Assembly: GCA_003971905.1 (NCBI GenBank)
Contig: RSEE01000038.1
Coordinates: 558,001-622,000, forward strand
DNA: 64,000 bases
Direction of reading: 5' to 3'
Source of the DNA: Moniliella sp. 'wahieum'
Lineage: Eukaryota
The notes below the pieces were generated by a model, which worked only from the letters and a program-made list of their open reading frames with translations, made no database searches and was not told the origin of the DNA. Made by a program: the position numbers and the translations under genes. Below are positions 50,328-62,048 of this stretch, one piece after another; within the stretch, counting starts at the first letter, position 1, and each line of letters begins with the position of its first letter.

Positions 50328-51720
50328 ACACGGTCCCGCTGTACCGCCTTGCCATGCTTTTGGCCCGCCTTTGTTGGTTGGCTCGGTGTGCCGGTTGGGT
50401 TCAACATGCACCCCCTCAACCTCCCGCCTTTCTATTTTGTCTCGCCAAAGCGCTCGAAGCACAGGCAACCTCAACCGTTGGAACCAATCCGCTTTTTTCC
50501 ACTGACCGTGACGCTCAAGAAAGGGAGGCGTGGGGAACATAGTGGAAAGGAGGTTTCTGATCACATACAGATCAGTGGGCGCTTGTAGTAGTAGTGGAAG
50601 GCGCTAGTTCCAATCAACGATACGGGGTTCTTTCGGGACGCAGACAAGCAGACACGCAGAGGCACCTCTGACCCTTAACGCAGGCTGACCTGTCGTTTTG
50701 GGGGACGATCAAGAAACAGGCGCTCAACCATATCGGGGCTGTAACTGGATGTTCGGAGTTAGGCCCCCAAATACAATCTTTTTTGGGGCTGCCTATAGCA
50801 AGTGTCACGGCGTACGGTGCCCCACTTATATGATCGTACACTGCTAGGAGAGCCGCTCAAGCGTAGCAAAATGAAGCGGTAGAGTTATGTTGGAGAAATG
50901 AGGGACGTGCGAGAGACATGGACGAGGATATTGGCTAGCTTAGCTACCTTACCACCCCCCGATGTGGCAGCGCTGCCTAATTCACCAGTTGAGAGAACCG
51001 TGAGTATAAGTTAGTGGGTACTGTGAACCATTGTTGCGCCAGGAAACAGAGCTATTTGTCTGTGGAGAGAGGCGGAAGCGGTTGCCACGGTACCATATGG
51101 GCAGGAACGAGGTATGAGTGGTACAGCGAAGAGTGGAGCGATGATAGAAGATAGGACGCATCCGCCGTGGATAAGAGAAACAGGCAGCGAGTGCACAGCG
51201 CGGACCTTTTCCCCTGTCCCATCAGGGCACGGGCCACGGACATGCTGTCAACCTCTGCAGCCCGCCCCCCCCCCCCCCGAATCTTTGCAGGCCCAAGACC
51301 TACCGCGAAGGCAACAACGGAAGGTGAGATAAGTGGAATAGGGCCCCACAAGGGAACGAGCTGGGCGAAGGGCTACAATCGCTGGCTGCCTAAGGAGATC
51401 TAGATACGTGGGGCGCGGGAGACGCTGTAGGTAAAGTATGAAGGCATCTCGTTGAGCATTGGCTTGAAATGGGATCGGTTGACCACAAACATCGTGGGAT
51501 GGCTTGCTGTGGTTGTCAGCGACACGCGGTGACGACAGCCGATGGCAATGACAATGGCAACGGGAGCATGCGCATCAGCATTGGCGACCACACCAAGAGG
51601 AAGAGAGAGAGAGACGTACACGTGTGCATCGTGTAGCCCAGCACAAGCAATGGGAATTGGGCATTGTGCATTGTGTTCCGGGCGCGGTTCATGCGCTTTG
51701 AAGCTTCCACGCTTCCACGC

Positions 51721-51902
51721 CTACTCTTGGCCCTCGGCCTGGAGCTTGGCATAGAAGGCGTCGCGCTCTGGATGTAGGGCTTGTGGATGCCGTACCAGAA
51801 GTAGGAGCCGCCAGTAAAGGCGAGGCCCAAGGCGAGGGTGAGGTCGCGGGTGAAGCTCTTGCGCAGCATGCCCGTGATGGGCGCGATTGTCTGGGCGGCC
51901 AT
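51721..51902 (-). CDS. COX9: Cytochrome c oxidase subunit 9 (VIIa), one frameshift
   Basis: MAAQTIAPITGMLRKSFTRDLTLALGLAFTGGSYFWYGIHKPYIQ.RDAFYAKLQAEGQE*, matching the Cox9 pattern IAPITG...YWW.G.H....R..FY..L. Confidence 0.92.
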
Positions 51903-52955
51903 GGGGGGCAGGAGGGGGGAGGTGGTGGGGTGGGGTGCGGAGGGGAGGGCGTGGAGGGAGAGGAGATCGCCAGAAAGAGAGAGCGGTAATACTAATCAGC
52001 CTGCTACTGTGCCGGTCTGTGGTGTGGGCCCCTGGGGCGGGGGGAGTCATTGGGAGTGAGCTGATTTTGGGAGTGACTGCCCCCGTGCGGCGGATGGATC
52101 GCGTCTGCGACATATAATGGACTGCTGCAAGGATGCCGAGAGCCGCTTGCTCTTCCGCTCCTCCGCTCTTCCGCCCTCCCCGCGCTTGCTGCCAGAGCCA
52201 CCGATCGGCTGCGGCTGGCAGTTGCCAGTGTCGATCGCCGGCTTCTGAACCCCAGGTTGCACGTTTGACGTTTTCTACCATCGTCCATCGTCCATCGTCC
52301 ATCGACCCGAGCTGTGTATGGCGTAGCCTGGCTTTGATTACCAAAGAAAAAAGGGCGCGGTGGGGCTGTTGCGGGAATGGCTGGGTGGACAGGCTCCTGA
52401 ACGAAGTTGTGACAATTAATACAGGAGCCTCAGCGCTCGCTGAGCTCAGCCTGAGCTCGGCAAGGTGCGAGGCAGGCTCCAAGGGCGGCGTGGGGTGGGA
52501 GAGGGATATTTGAACGATGCATTGAGTTGGTTCGCTTTCCCCAGCATGCTCAGCGTCGAGGCGCAGCGCTCGTTCAGCCGCAACGTTTAGCCCCAGCGCT
52601 CAGCCTGAGCGCTGAGGCTCAGCGAGGCGAGGGGGGCGACGGGATGGCAGTTTTCGCATGATGCATGACGTTTTTGACGAAAATGCGGAGGAAGAGCGAA
52701 TTGGTCTGTGCTCCGCACTGGCGCTGCGCATCGGTGCACATATACGCCCATCGCAAAATGAAACGAAATGCAGTGGAGCTGTTTTAGCAGCGCTGGCCGG
52801 GTGCCGTTTCCAACGTTTACACGCTGGCCGCTGTAGCGCTCATCGCGAGCAGACCGTCGCCTCCATCTCCATCAGCCGTGCTGTGCCCCCGCCCGCCGCC
52901 CTCGCTGGCCCTCGCTCCTTGCTTCGTTTCTGCCCCCTCGCCACCACCACTCCCC

Positions 52956-54020
52956 ATGCTCTACCGCGCCGCCGCCGCCTGCGTTTCTCCCGGAGCCACC
53001 CCGAGCCGCCGCCTCCGCCTCCGCCTCTGCCGCCGCCCCTCGCGCCCCCAGCCAACGCCGACGCCAAAGCCTCCCCCACACCCGCCGCCCAACGCGACAG
53101 CGACCCCGAGCCCCATCGACCCCAGCAAAGCAGACGCTGCAGCCGGCCAGCATTCTTCCTTCCCCCTTCCCGTCGCCACCCCCCCTTCACCCAGCGACCC
53201 TCTCTTGCGTCTCCACCCCCCCATTCCTTCCCCTCGCCCCGCCTTCTGCCCACGCTCTGTCATTGCATCCCACCCCCAGTCCGTCCCCAAGCCGAACAGG
53301 CCGCAGCCTCGAATGGAATCGCAGCCATAGTCGCTTCCATCTTCCGCTCCACTTGCCCCCACTCCGTGCCGCGAGCCAACCACCCTCCCGCGCACGAGGT
53401 CCGTCCTCCGAGATTGACCCGCGCCTTTCCGGCGAAACCGCTGGACAATCCACCGACGCTGGCACCGAGTCCTCTTGGCGCGCCGCGCTTCCTCTGCCAT
53501 CCTCCGGCACCAGCTCGCCATGGCGCCTGGGATTCTCCATGTCCCTCTCTGCCGAGGGAGAGGCACGGCCAGGCCCGGAATCGGGCGTGACCGCGGCAGA
53601 AGAAGCTCAGTCCAACTTGATCCGTCGTGGGCCCAAGCACAATCGCATTCGTCATCGGCCCCACCTGAAACACGAAACATTATGGATTGGCTGGAAGGAG
53701 CTGAATTTTGCGACCGCGCAGCCGCCCCGCCAGCAGGCCTAGCAGGGACCTTCTGCCCCCGTTGGAGGCCGAGCCATCGGTCCCATCTTGCTCCTTGGAG
53801 GAGGAGGACCGGACCGACGTGCCTTTGTCAGTCTTGTCTCCACCTCCATTGACCACCTCTTGCACCTTAGTCCCGGCAGGCCCAGATCCGGATCTGTCCG
53901 TCCCCTCCCACCTGCCATGCCCGCAGATTTGCCCTCACCCAAGCCGGCCAAGCCTTCGTTGCCCACCAAACTCTCGTCCCGCTTGGGCTCCCGCTCGCTT
54001 TCGGCACTCAAACTTTGGTA
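52956..54020 (+). CDS. Possible proline-rich hypothetical protein (fragmented)
   Basis: Overlapping Pro/Ser-rich ORFs, promoter-type TGA arrays at 52606-52668 upstream, GTAAGT donor near 54017; no family recognised. Confidence 0.3.
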
Positions 54021-54169
54021 AGTGCCCGTTGGGACTCTTGCATGGACTGCTTCGCCTCGGTACCTCCCATGTCATCGGTCCCCCTCGCACCATCGCATTA
54101 CCGGCGCCTAGCAGGATGCCACCTGTACTGTATCCATTCCTTGTCGTACCTGTCAGCCGCATTGTACGC

Positions 54170-54266
54170 GGCACACCGCACACCGCACGCCGCACACCGC
54201 ACACCGCACACCGCACATCGCCGCACATCGCCGCACATCGCACACCACACGCTACACGCCGCACAC
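54170..54266. repeat. Degenerate heptamer tandem repeat (CCGCACA)n
   Basis: gcacaccgcacaccgcacgccgcacaccgcacaccgcacaccgcacatcg... Confidence 0.9.
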
Positions 54267-57200
54267 TTTCTTCCTAGCCCGTCTCTCTCTCTCTTGTGCA
54301 TGCGCCATTGTGCCGTCACCTGCAACCATACGCATCGGGCAACATGCCACCGCCCCCCTTTTCCCGGACACTCTCCGTGCCCCTCTTCAATCTCCAATCT
54401 TCAACCCTTTGTTGGTCGTTTTACGTTGATCCCAACACGGGGTCGGGGATCGGAAGCCTCTTCATCGATCATTCGTCATCCCTGTTGATCCATAAGCCAT
54501 AAGCCTCGCACGTTACTTGTTTTCTCTTCTTGTTTGTTTTGGGTTCCCCCTAGTGTCTACCTGCTGTGACGCCCGACCTGGCCTGACCGACTGGCCTTGC
54601 TTCGAGCCCTTGGCAGGGCCAGCGCGTGCCGATCATAAATGCATGGCCAGAACACGCGCAGAGGCCAACAGGGGCGCAGGGGGTATGAGCAATGATTAGT
54701 GATTAATGAGCACAGAGATAGAACACTGCATACGAGAGTTAGGGCCACCATGCAACCTACGGCAATGAGCAATCATTAATCATTGCTCAGGATGGAACCG
54801 CTAGGCCAACACGTGCCTGGGTGAATATGGAATACGCCTACGAAGGATCGTGCATGGTCTCTTTGGTCGCCGGCGTTTCGCCTTCGGCGCGAGCGTTGGC
54901 CGGGGTTCCCTCCATGTCCTATGTTTGAATTGAGCGAAAGAAGGACTCAACGGTGCACCTTCCTCACACGTCACGGTGCGGCCGACATGTTTGTTTTCGT
55001 TTTCTGTTTTCACTTTCTGGGTTTGTTGATGTCTGGGTGTACTAGCGCGCGCGTACTCCTCTATCCATCGCAGCCAGTGCCCTCCTCTTGATGCATGGTC
55101 AGAAGCAACGGAGGCAGCTCCACGATCAAGTAGATGTGCAGAAGTTCATGTCATGCAGCATGTCATGTCATGATGACATGCAATGACATGTTTATGTGTC
55201 ATGGCTGCCATCGAACGAATACGAATGAGTTATTGAAGTACTAAGTCCTGAGATCTGAGACTCAGTACTTGCCATTATCTTCAACTTTCAGCACCCTCTC
55301 ACGGGCGATTCAGAGTTTCCTTTGCGCAGGCCAGATGGGCGTCTGACCAGCACGACGAACTCGCCCTGGACCTTATCGCTATCCTGCACTAGGTAGGCCA
55401 GAGCGTTGGTCCTATGTATTAACCTTTTCTGAGATCTGACAGTTCTGACGCCGGCAAGCTATGTCTCAGCAAACAAGACGTGTGAAAGAGGAATGCAGTA
55501 TGATTGTATGAACGATGTGAGTTGAGAGAGTCGGCCGACTGGTGTACCAGCCAATGCATGGGATGGGGCAGGGGGAAGCTCAAGTTCAAAAAGCGCTTGC
55601 AGTGCGGCGACAACGCATGCGTGGTGCCGCACTCGCTAGTTGAGAGCTTGGCACTTGGCTTCCCTGTCAGTTTGATGAGAGCGAAATGCGATGTAAGATG
55701 GGCGGCAGAAGAAAAAGTGTCTTGGTGGGTCTGTGTTCACTAAGTAATATCCAAAACACGTATCAGTAACCTGGACCCGCCAAAGTCATTTTGAATGGTT
55801 TTGGACGGCGCGGAATATACACTGCCCGAGAAGGGAAGCACGTACGGTTTGGTTGCAGGGGGGCAGAAAATGCCAAAGGTGCAGATTGAAGCGAGAGCGG
55901 ATGGGGACAATGGCCATCTTGCGTCGTGCCACAATCGCTCACGGCGCACGCAACGGCGAGCGGCCCGACAAGCGACGGCCCGGACGCAGGATCGTCGGCG
56001 TCACGTTCTTCGGCGCGCCCCCCGTCGGCGAGCGCACCGTCTTGCTTGGCGAGGGGGCAGCGTGAGGGAGGCGCAGCGCAGCGCGCGAGCCGAGGTTGCG
56101 GACGAGGGTGGTGGGCAGCATGGTGGGATGAGAGGCAAAAGAGGCGGGAAGGGCGTGGACGACAGCATGGCGGGATGGCCGGTGGGGGCGGGTTTATATC
56201 TGCTGGTGGGCAGCTAGCTGGGTGGCTGCTGTGAGACGCAGTACTCAAGCCAACAATCAAGCGAATCTGCCAGTCGCGTTGCTGATGATCGATGATTGAT
56301 GAGATCTGAGATATGGGGGGAGCGGCGCAGGGGGTCTGTGCGCTCGCGGTGCGGGGTGGTGACGTCAGTGGCGACACCCAGCACACCGCCCTGCTGCGCC
56401 CTGCTGCGATGGGAGATGGGAGATGGGGTCTCTAGCCCAGTGCGGCGCTGACTATCCAGGCCACCCATTCTCGGCTACCCTGCCCCCGCCACCTGTTCCC
56501 ACCGCCGCCCGCCCACCCCAGCCATGCTGGTGGACACACTGCCCATGCGCTTCCCCCCCCCCGCACTTTGGTCCACATTGGGCGGTGTCGCTCAGCGCCA
56601 GTGTCGCAACTGTGTGGTCGCCACACTTGAAGTGCCCCAGCGGTGGTCCCAGCGGTGGCCCTTGCTCTCTTCTGGATGTTCTTTGTGGCCATCCGCGTTC
56701 TGTTTGGTGTTGGAGCGTTTGCTCCCATTGGCCATTGAATTCTTCTCACGGTAGTCCTGTCAGCCGTCCCCCCCAGACGAGGACCGCACTCGCCGCCACC
56801 GCTCTTCTACGGTCATACCGTCATCGCGTCATCCGTCATCCAGCCGACGGGGCCAAGCTGGTGCCAAGCTGACGCTTACTGCCGAAGCGTCCGTGGGAAT
56901 ACGAAAGAAATGGAATCATCAGCCGGATAATGTACCCGCAACCAACGGAAGATGGGCGGACGCAGGAGCGTCGATGTCAACGAGAGGAGATGCACACTCA
57001 GACTGATTACGAGCAACTAAGAAGCTGGAAGCCATAAAGCTTGAAATCGCAATCCCTTCCACTTGGCACGTGGCGTGGCCGAGGGGACTGACTCGATGGA
57101 GAGTCGCAGATTCATATCAAAATGTTGGCAAGGCCGCCTCAATGAGCATCTCGCTCCAACTCTCCAAAACCCACACATGTTATAACGACGGGGGGTTCCT

Positions 57201-58783
57201 TGGCTGTGATACATTTTTCTTGGAACCCCGGTCTCCGTGAATCCGCCTCTCCACACCTCTCCTGGAAGCTTGAGTCAAATGTAAACTTTTGACGCAGGCC
57301 ATGAGACAGGGGAGTCTCCACCTTTCGAGAAAGACCGGTTGATACAAGTGACTTATCCGACAGAGTCACAAAATTCATGAAGAGTGTGGCCAAGCGCCAA
57401 AGGGAGATGTGTTTTGGTGTATGTGAGGCTTTAAGCTTCAAGCTCCCCTATCTGAGAACAAAAAGGGTACGTTTCGACCGTGCAGAGTGTTAGCGCTTAG
57501 CGAAGCTTGGAACTGAGGGCCTGAGACCTGGTGATCAGGTCCCTCTCTCTGGCTTGCTCGGCACCCCACATACTTGGGATCAAAAAGCTATATCGATCAC
57601 TATATGTGCGGCAGAGGGAGAGCAGAGCCGCGCCGGACCAGGGGTGGCCGGTGGGTAATCTTAATCAGTAGGCAAATATATACGTCAGCCGAGTAGACAA
57701 ACGTCCTGTGCAGCCTTGGTGTGCGGATCTGTGCTGCATCTGGTGTCACCATGTCATCATGTCACATGTCACTGCCAATCGACAATCTAAACGCGTCCGT
57801 GTCAGCATCCCCAACACATTGACTGGGTGTTATGCATGTTATGCACGAGGAAAAGAGGTACAGCCCTTTTGATGGCCAGCCTGGGCCGAACTCTGAGAGA
57901 CAACAAGGGAGCGAGCGTGCAATGCCGAGGGACTGCTTTTGTTTTGCACAGATAGGGTAGCGTTATTCAACGTTTATGTGAGCAGAAAGGGATGAGTTCT
58001 AGAGTGCTGATGGCGCTGATGGTCCCTCGAGGGCGATGCGATCTCGCACTAGGGGTGGCGTGGACTAAGCCAGCCAGCAATGCCTGTGCAGAGGAACATC
58101 AAGCAGCCAGCCGGCCAGGGGCTATAGGCTGCGGAACAAGGAAACCAAAAGCGAGAAAACAAAGGAACTCCTAGGCCGCAGGAGGCACTTAAGGGACGTC
58201 GGCCAAAACACACGAGCCACCCGCGGTGGCTCCCCTGAAGCTTGAAGGGTGTTTCCCCTCGTTTTGTTCCGCCCGTTCCCATCCCCCTTGGCGCCCTTGG
58301 CCTGCTCTCTCCGACCGTTCAAAATTCAAAGGTGTGGCGTGGGGTGCCTGCGCTGAGACCGACCTACACTGGCGTGCGAAGGCGATAGGCTGGCGTAAAG
58401 AGGGCAAGTTCTACAGAGAGAAGGAAAGAGAGAGAGAGGTGATGGATCTATTCCAAGAGAGGTGCCTGTTCGGGTAAGAACATGGGAGAGAGTTGGATAG
58501 AACAGCGCGATGTGTGATGTGTGATGCGTGTGCATGATGCATGATGTATGATCATGGCGCTGACCGCTGGGCTGCTCGCAGCTTGTTCGGTGTATCGCCA
58601 ACGTCAAGCCTTCTCGAATTCTGTCCTGCACGTCCGAAGTACTCCGCCGGAGTCCGCCATGCCGAATGCTTAGCTCAGCGGGGTGGAGCGACTGCCTTGT
58701 GTGTGCTGCGTCGTCTGCTCGGCCACGGGGCGCGGCAGCCGGCCTCGGCGCACCGCTTCCGCCTCCAGACCAGCACCGACAGC

Positions 58784-60858
58784 ATGTCGGCGCCGCGCGC
58801 CGCACACCACCCTCCCGTCTCCCCGACGACCCCGACGACGTGGCGCGAGAGGATGTGCGGACCTTGACGCGACCCGGCCGCCTGGCCCCAGCCAGGACCA
58901 TGCCCATGGCGCCGACGGCGCCAACGGCGCAGAGGGGGATGGGGATGGGGAGGAGGAGGAAGAGGAAGAGCAGGAGGAGCAGGAGGAGCAGGAGGAGCAA
59001 GATCTCGCACGGGCATCGGAAGAGTACGCCGTGGGCCAGGTCACCGCGGTCCGTCCCCCGCACGCCATAGCACCGCCTCGGCCATCGACATCCCCCTCCT
59101 CCTCAATGAGGGTCTGGCCCGCGTACAGGAACAGATGCCGGTTCCCGACTGGCTGCGTCGTGGCGCCGGCACGTTCGATGGCACGGTCAATATGGCCAAC
59201 TCCATTCTGGGTGCCGGGATTGTCGGGTTGCCGTACAGCATGCGTGAGTCGGGCTTTGTGGCCGGAGTGGTGCTGCTGGTCGGACTCAGTTTCCTGACCG
59301 ACTGGACGATCCGGTTGATCGTGCTCAATGCCAAGTGTCGGGCCGACGGACGTACATTGAGATAATGCAGCATTGCTTTGGTCCGCGCGGTTCGGCGGCC
59401 GTGTCGCTGTTTCAGTTTGCGTTTTGCGTTTGGGGGGGTGTGTGCGTTTTGCGTCGTTATTGGCGATACCATCCCAGCCGTCTGGGCGCCGTGTGTCGCG
59501 CTCGGCGGCCGAGGGCGTGGGGGCGAACGGAGCTTGTCATCTCCTTTTGCACCTTGGCTATCCTTCCCGCTTTCACTCTATCGCAACATTGAGTCCCTCT
59601 CCAAGGCGTCGGCGATTGCGCTGGTGTCCATGGTGGTGATCATTACATCGGTGTGATCCGGGGCCCAATGATGCCGTCGGAACTAAAGGGAGACCCTTCG
59701 TTACGGTTCACAGTGGTGTATCCCACCAAACTCATTCGCTCGATCGCTGTGATTAGTTTTGCGTTTGTCTGTCACCACAACTCACGCTCATCTATGGCAG
59801 CTTGAAGGAACCGTCCATGGACAAGTTTGGCAAGGTAACCCATTATTCCACCTTGATTGCCGGCCCGTGGCCGCCACGACATGTCCAGGCCGTGGCGGGG
59901 TACTGGTCGTTTGAGAAGGAAAGACCTTGGCCAACATTCTCAACATTTCCCGCCCACGATCACTTGGTCAACGTGGCTCGCTTCCTCTTTGGCGTCAAAA
60001 TGTTCACTACCTTTCCGCGGAATGCTTTGTGTGTTGCGAAGTGCTCGAGACGTACTTTTGGCCCGACGAGACGGCGGCCTTGGCTGCGTCGGCCGAACAG
60101 GGCGGCGAAGAAGAACGTACAATCGCAAGCGCCATTTTATCCTCACCTCGGCCCTCGTCATCACAAGCCTCATCATCTCCCTCCTCACGTGCGACCTGGG
60201 CATCGTGCTGGAACTGACAGGCGGCTTATCGGCCACCGCGTTGGCCTACATTTTCCCTCGGCATGTTTCCTCAAACTCAGTCGGGATACGTCTCTCGCAC
60301 CCGCCCATCGCGACTGCACCTGCACCCACGTCCACGGCCATGACCATCCGATTCGACCCAGAGGGCGAGGCAGACGATAACCAACTCTCTACCCTCCCGC
60401 CGGATCCAGGGGGGGGTACCACCCTATGCCCAGCGAAGAGCCGAGCGAGTCAAGGCCCAGCTCGTCACGTGCTGCAAGACCTGGAACGCAGCCAAGGGCC
60501 GCCCCCCGTTCCGGACCCCTATCTGACTCTGCCCTGCCGATGTGGACCCCACACCTGATCGAGTTGCCATTCAAACCAGGGCGCGTACCACCTGCCCGAT
60601 CCGGACGGCGACACCAGCTTAACCCTGCCGGTACCCTTGCCGCGTACAGGACCGCCGACCGTCGGGTCGCCGAGGGGATCGGATCGAGCGGGGGTGACCG
60701 TAGTCAGCGCTGCGGTCGCCCATCCACGCAAAACCTGGACCCACACCAAACTCGTCGCCGTGGCCACGGGTGTTTGGTATGGTAGTCCTCGCGGTTTCCG
60801 TCGTGACGGCCTTGTCGGACGTGATCCAGGGACGGGGGCGAACGACATACGTGCTAAT
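58784..60858 (+). CDS. AVT2: Vacuolar amino acid transporter, Avt2/SLC38A11-like, frameshifted
   Basis: NMANSILGAGIVGLPY...ESGFVAGVVLLV...TDWTIRLIVLNAK.SGRRTY, FGGVCAFCVVIGDTIP, SFPLSLYRNI, VISFAFVCHHN, CDLGIVLELTGGLSATALAYIFP. Confidence 0.9.
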
Positions 60859-61509
60859 GCACTGCGTGAACTGTCTTTTTCCTTGGTCGTCTTCTTGCTC
60901 GGCCCACGACACTTGACTTACTTGCACATGAGACAGGGAAACCACGTGCCGATTATGCGGTCCCGCCGACCGGCCAGGGGCAACGGCTGTACCCACCCCC
61001 CGCATCTTGCAGCTGCCATTTCTCGCCCACCGCCTTATCTGTGTGCGAGACGCATGTATACCCACAGGCACGCTCCGCGCGGATCGTGTTGCTCTTGCTT
61101 GATTGCTGCCACGGTAGGCGCTGAGAGTAGAGCCATCAGAGAGGGAGTGCACGGCCCCGAGGCTAGTAGCTCCACCAGCTCCACCGAGTGCGGGCCCGGC
61201 CGCACCTCCTGGCCTTTATACAACCCAATCTGCCCTGCCTGGCTGTCGGAACGAGCTTTTTTTTCCAGCTAACATGGTGGTAATGCGCACAGGCGCTTCG
61301 TTGCGCGCGGTGTCGGCGGTGGCCATGGGCGGGTAGCTAGGACCGAACGCTTCTTCCCTGGCGCGGAGAGGATGTGCGCGGAATGCACGGTATGCACTAC
61401 CGGCCTCTATCGTGTCATCTAACCCCTGGTTCTGATCTAGGGGTCTCCCTCGCCACACTGGATTCTTCCCTGCTTTCCGTTTGACACCTGCACCGTACCG
61501 TGCCGGACG

Positions 61510-61670
61510 GTTGAGGTTGAGGTTGAGGTTGAGGTTGAGGTTGAGGTTGAGGTTGAGGTTGAGGTTGAGGTTGAGGTTGAGGTTGAGGTTGAGGTTGAGG
61601 TTGAGGTTGGGTTGAGGTTGAGGTTGAGGTTGAGGTTGAGGTTGAGGTTGAGGTTGAGGTTGGGGTTGAG
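61510..61670. repeat. Hexanucleotide microsatellite (GTTGAG)n, ~26 units with one phase break near 61609
   Basis: Directly visible. Confidence 0.97.
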
Positions 61671-62048
61671 TTGCCCTGCTCTGTTCTGCATAATGCTGCA
61701 TCACTTTTTCGTGTTCTGTGTCGTCTGTTTCGCTTTCATGCATCTAGCTTGAACCCTCCTGGGGCGCAGAATAGACTGACAGAGGGGAGGCAGAGGACAC
61801 CCGAAGACGCGTCGGTGGGGTTACAGGTTACAGGTTACCCGTTACTGGTTACCAAGTCCGAAATCACATGATCCTGCTGGATTTGTGTAGCTGGTCGGGC
61901 ATACCAAGAAAGGACACAGAACGGACGACCTTAACTATCAACATGACGATCGAGTTGGAAAGAGGAACCTATTTTGTAGGGTGAGGAGAGGAGAGAAAGA
62001 AATGAAAGAAAATGAAAGGAAATAAAAGGAAAGGAAAGACGAAGACGT

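Noticed and set aside
57189..57370. Hairpins (GGGGTTCC...GGAACCCC; GTGACT...AGTCAC) as an ncRNA
   Set aside because: Short stems with no recognisable box motifs; compatible with chance.
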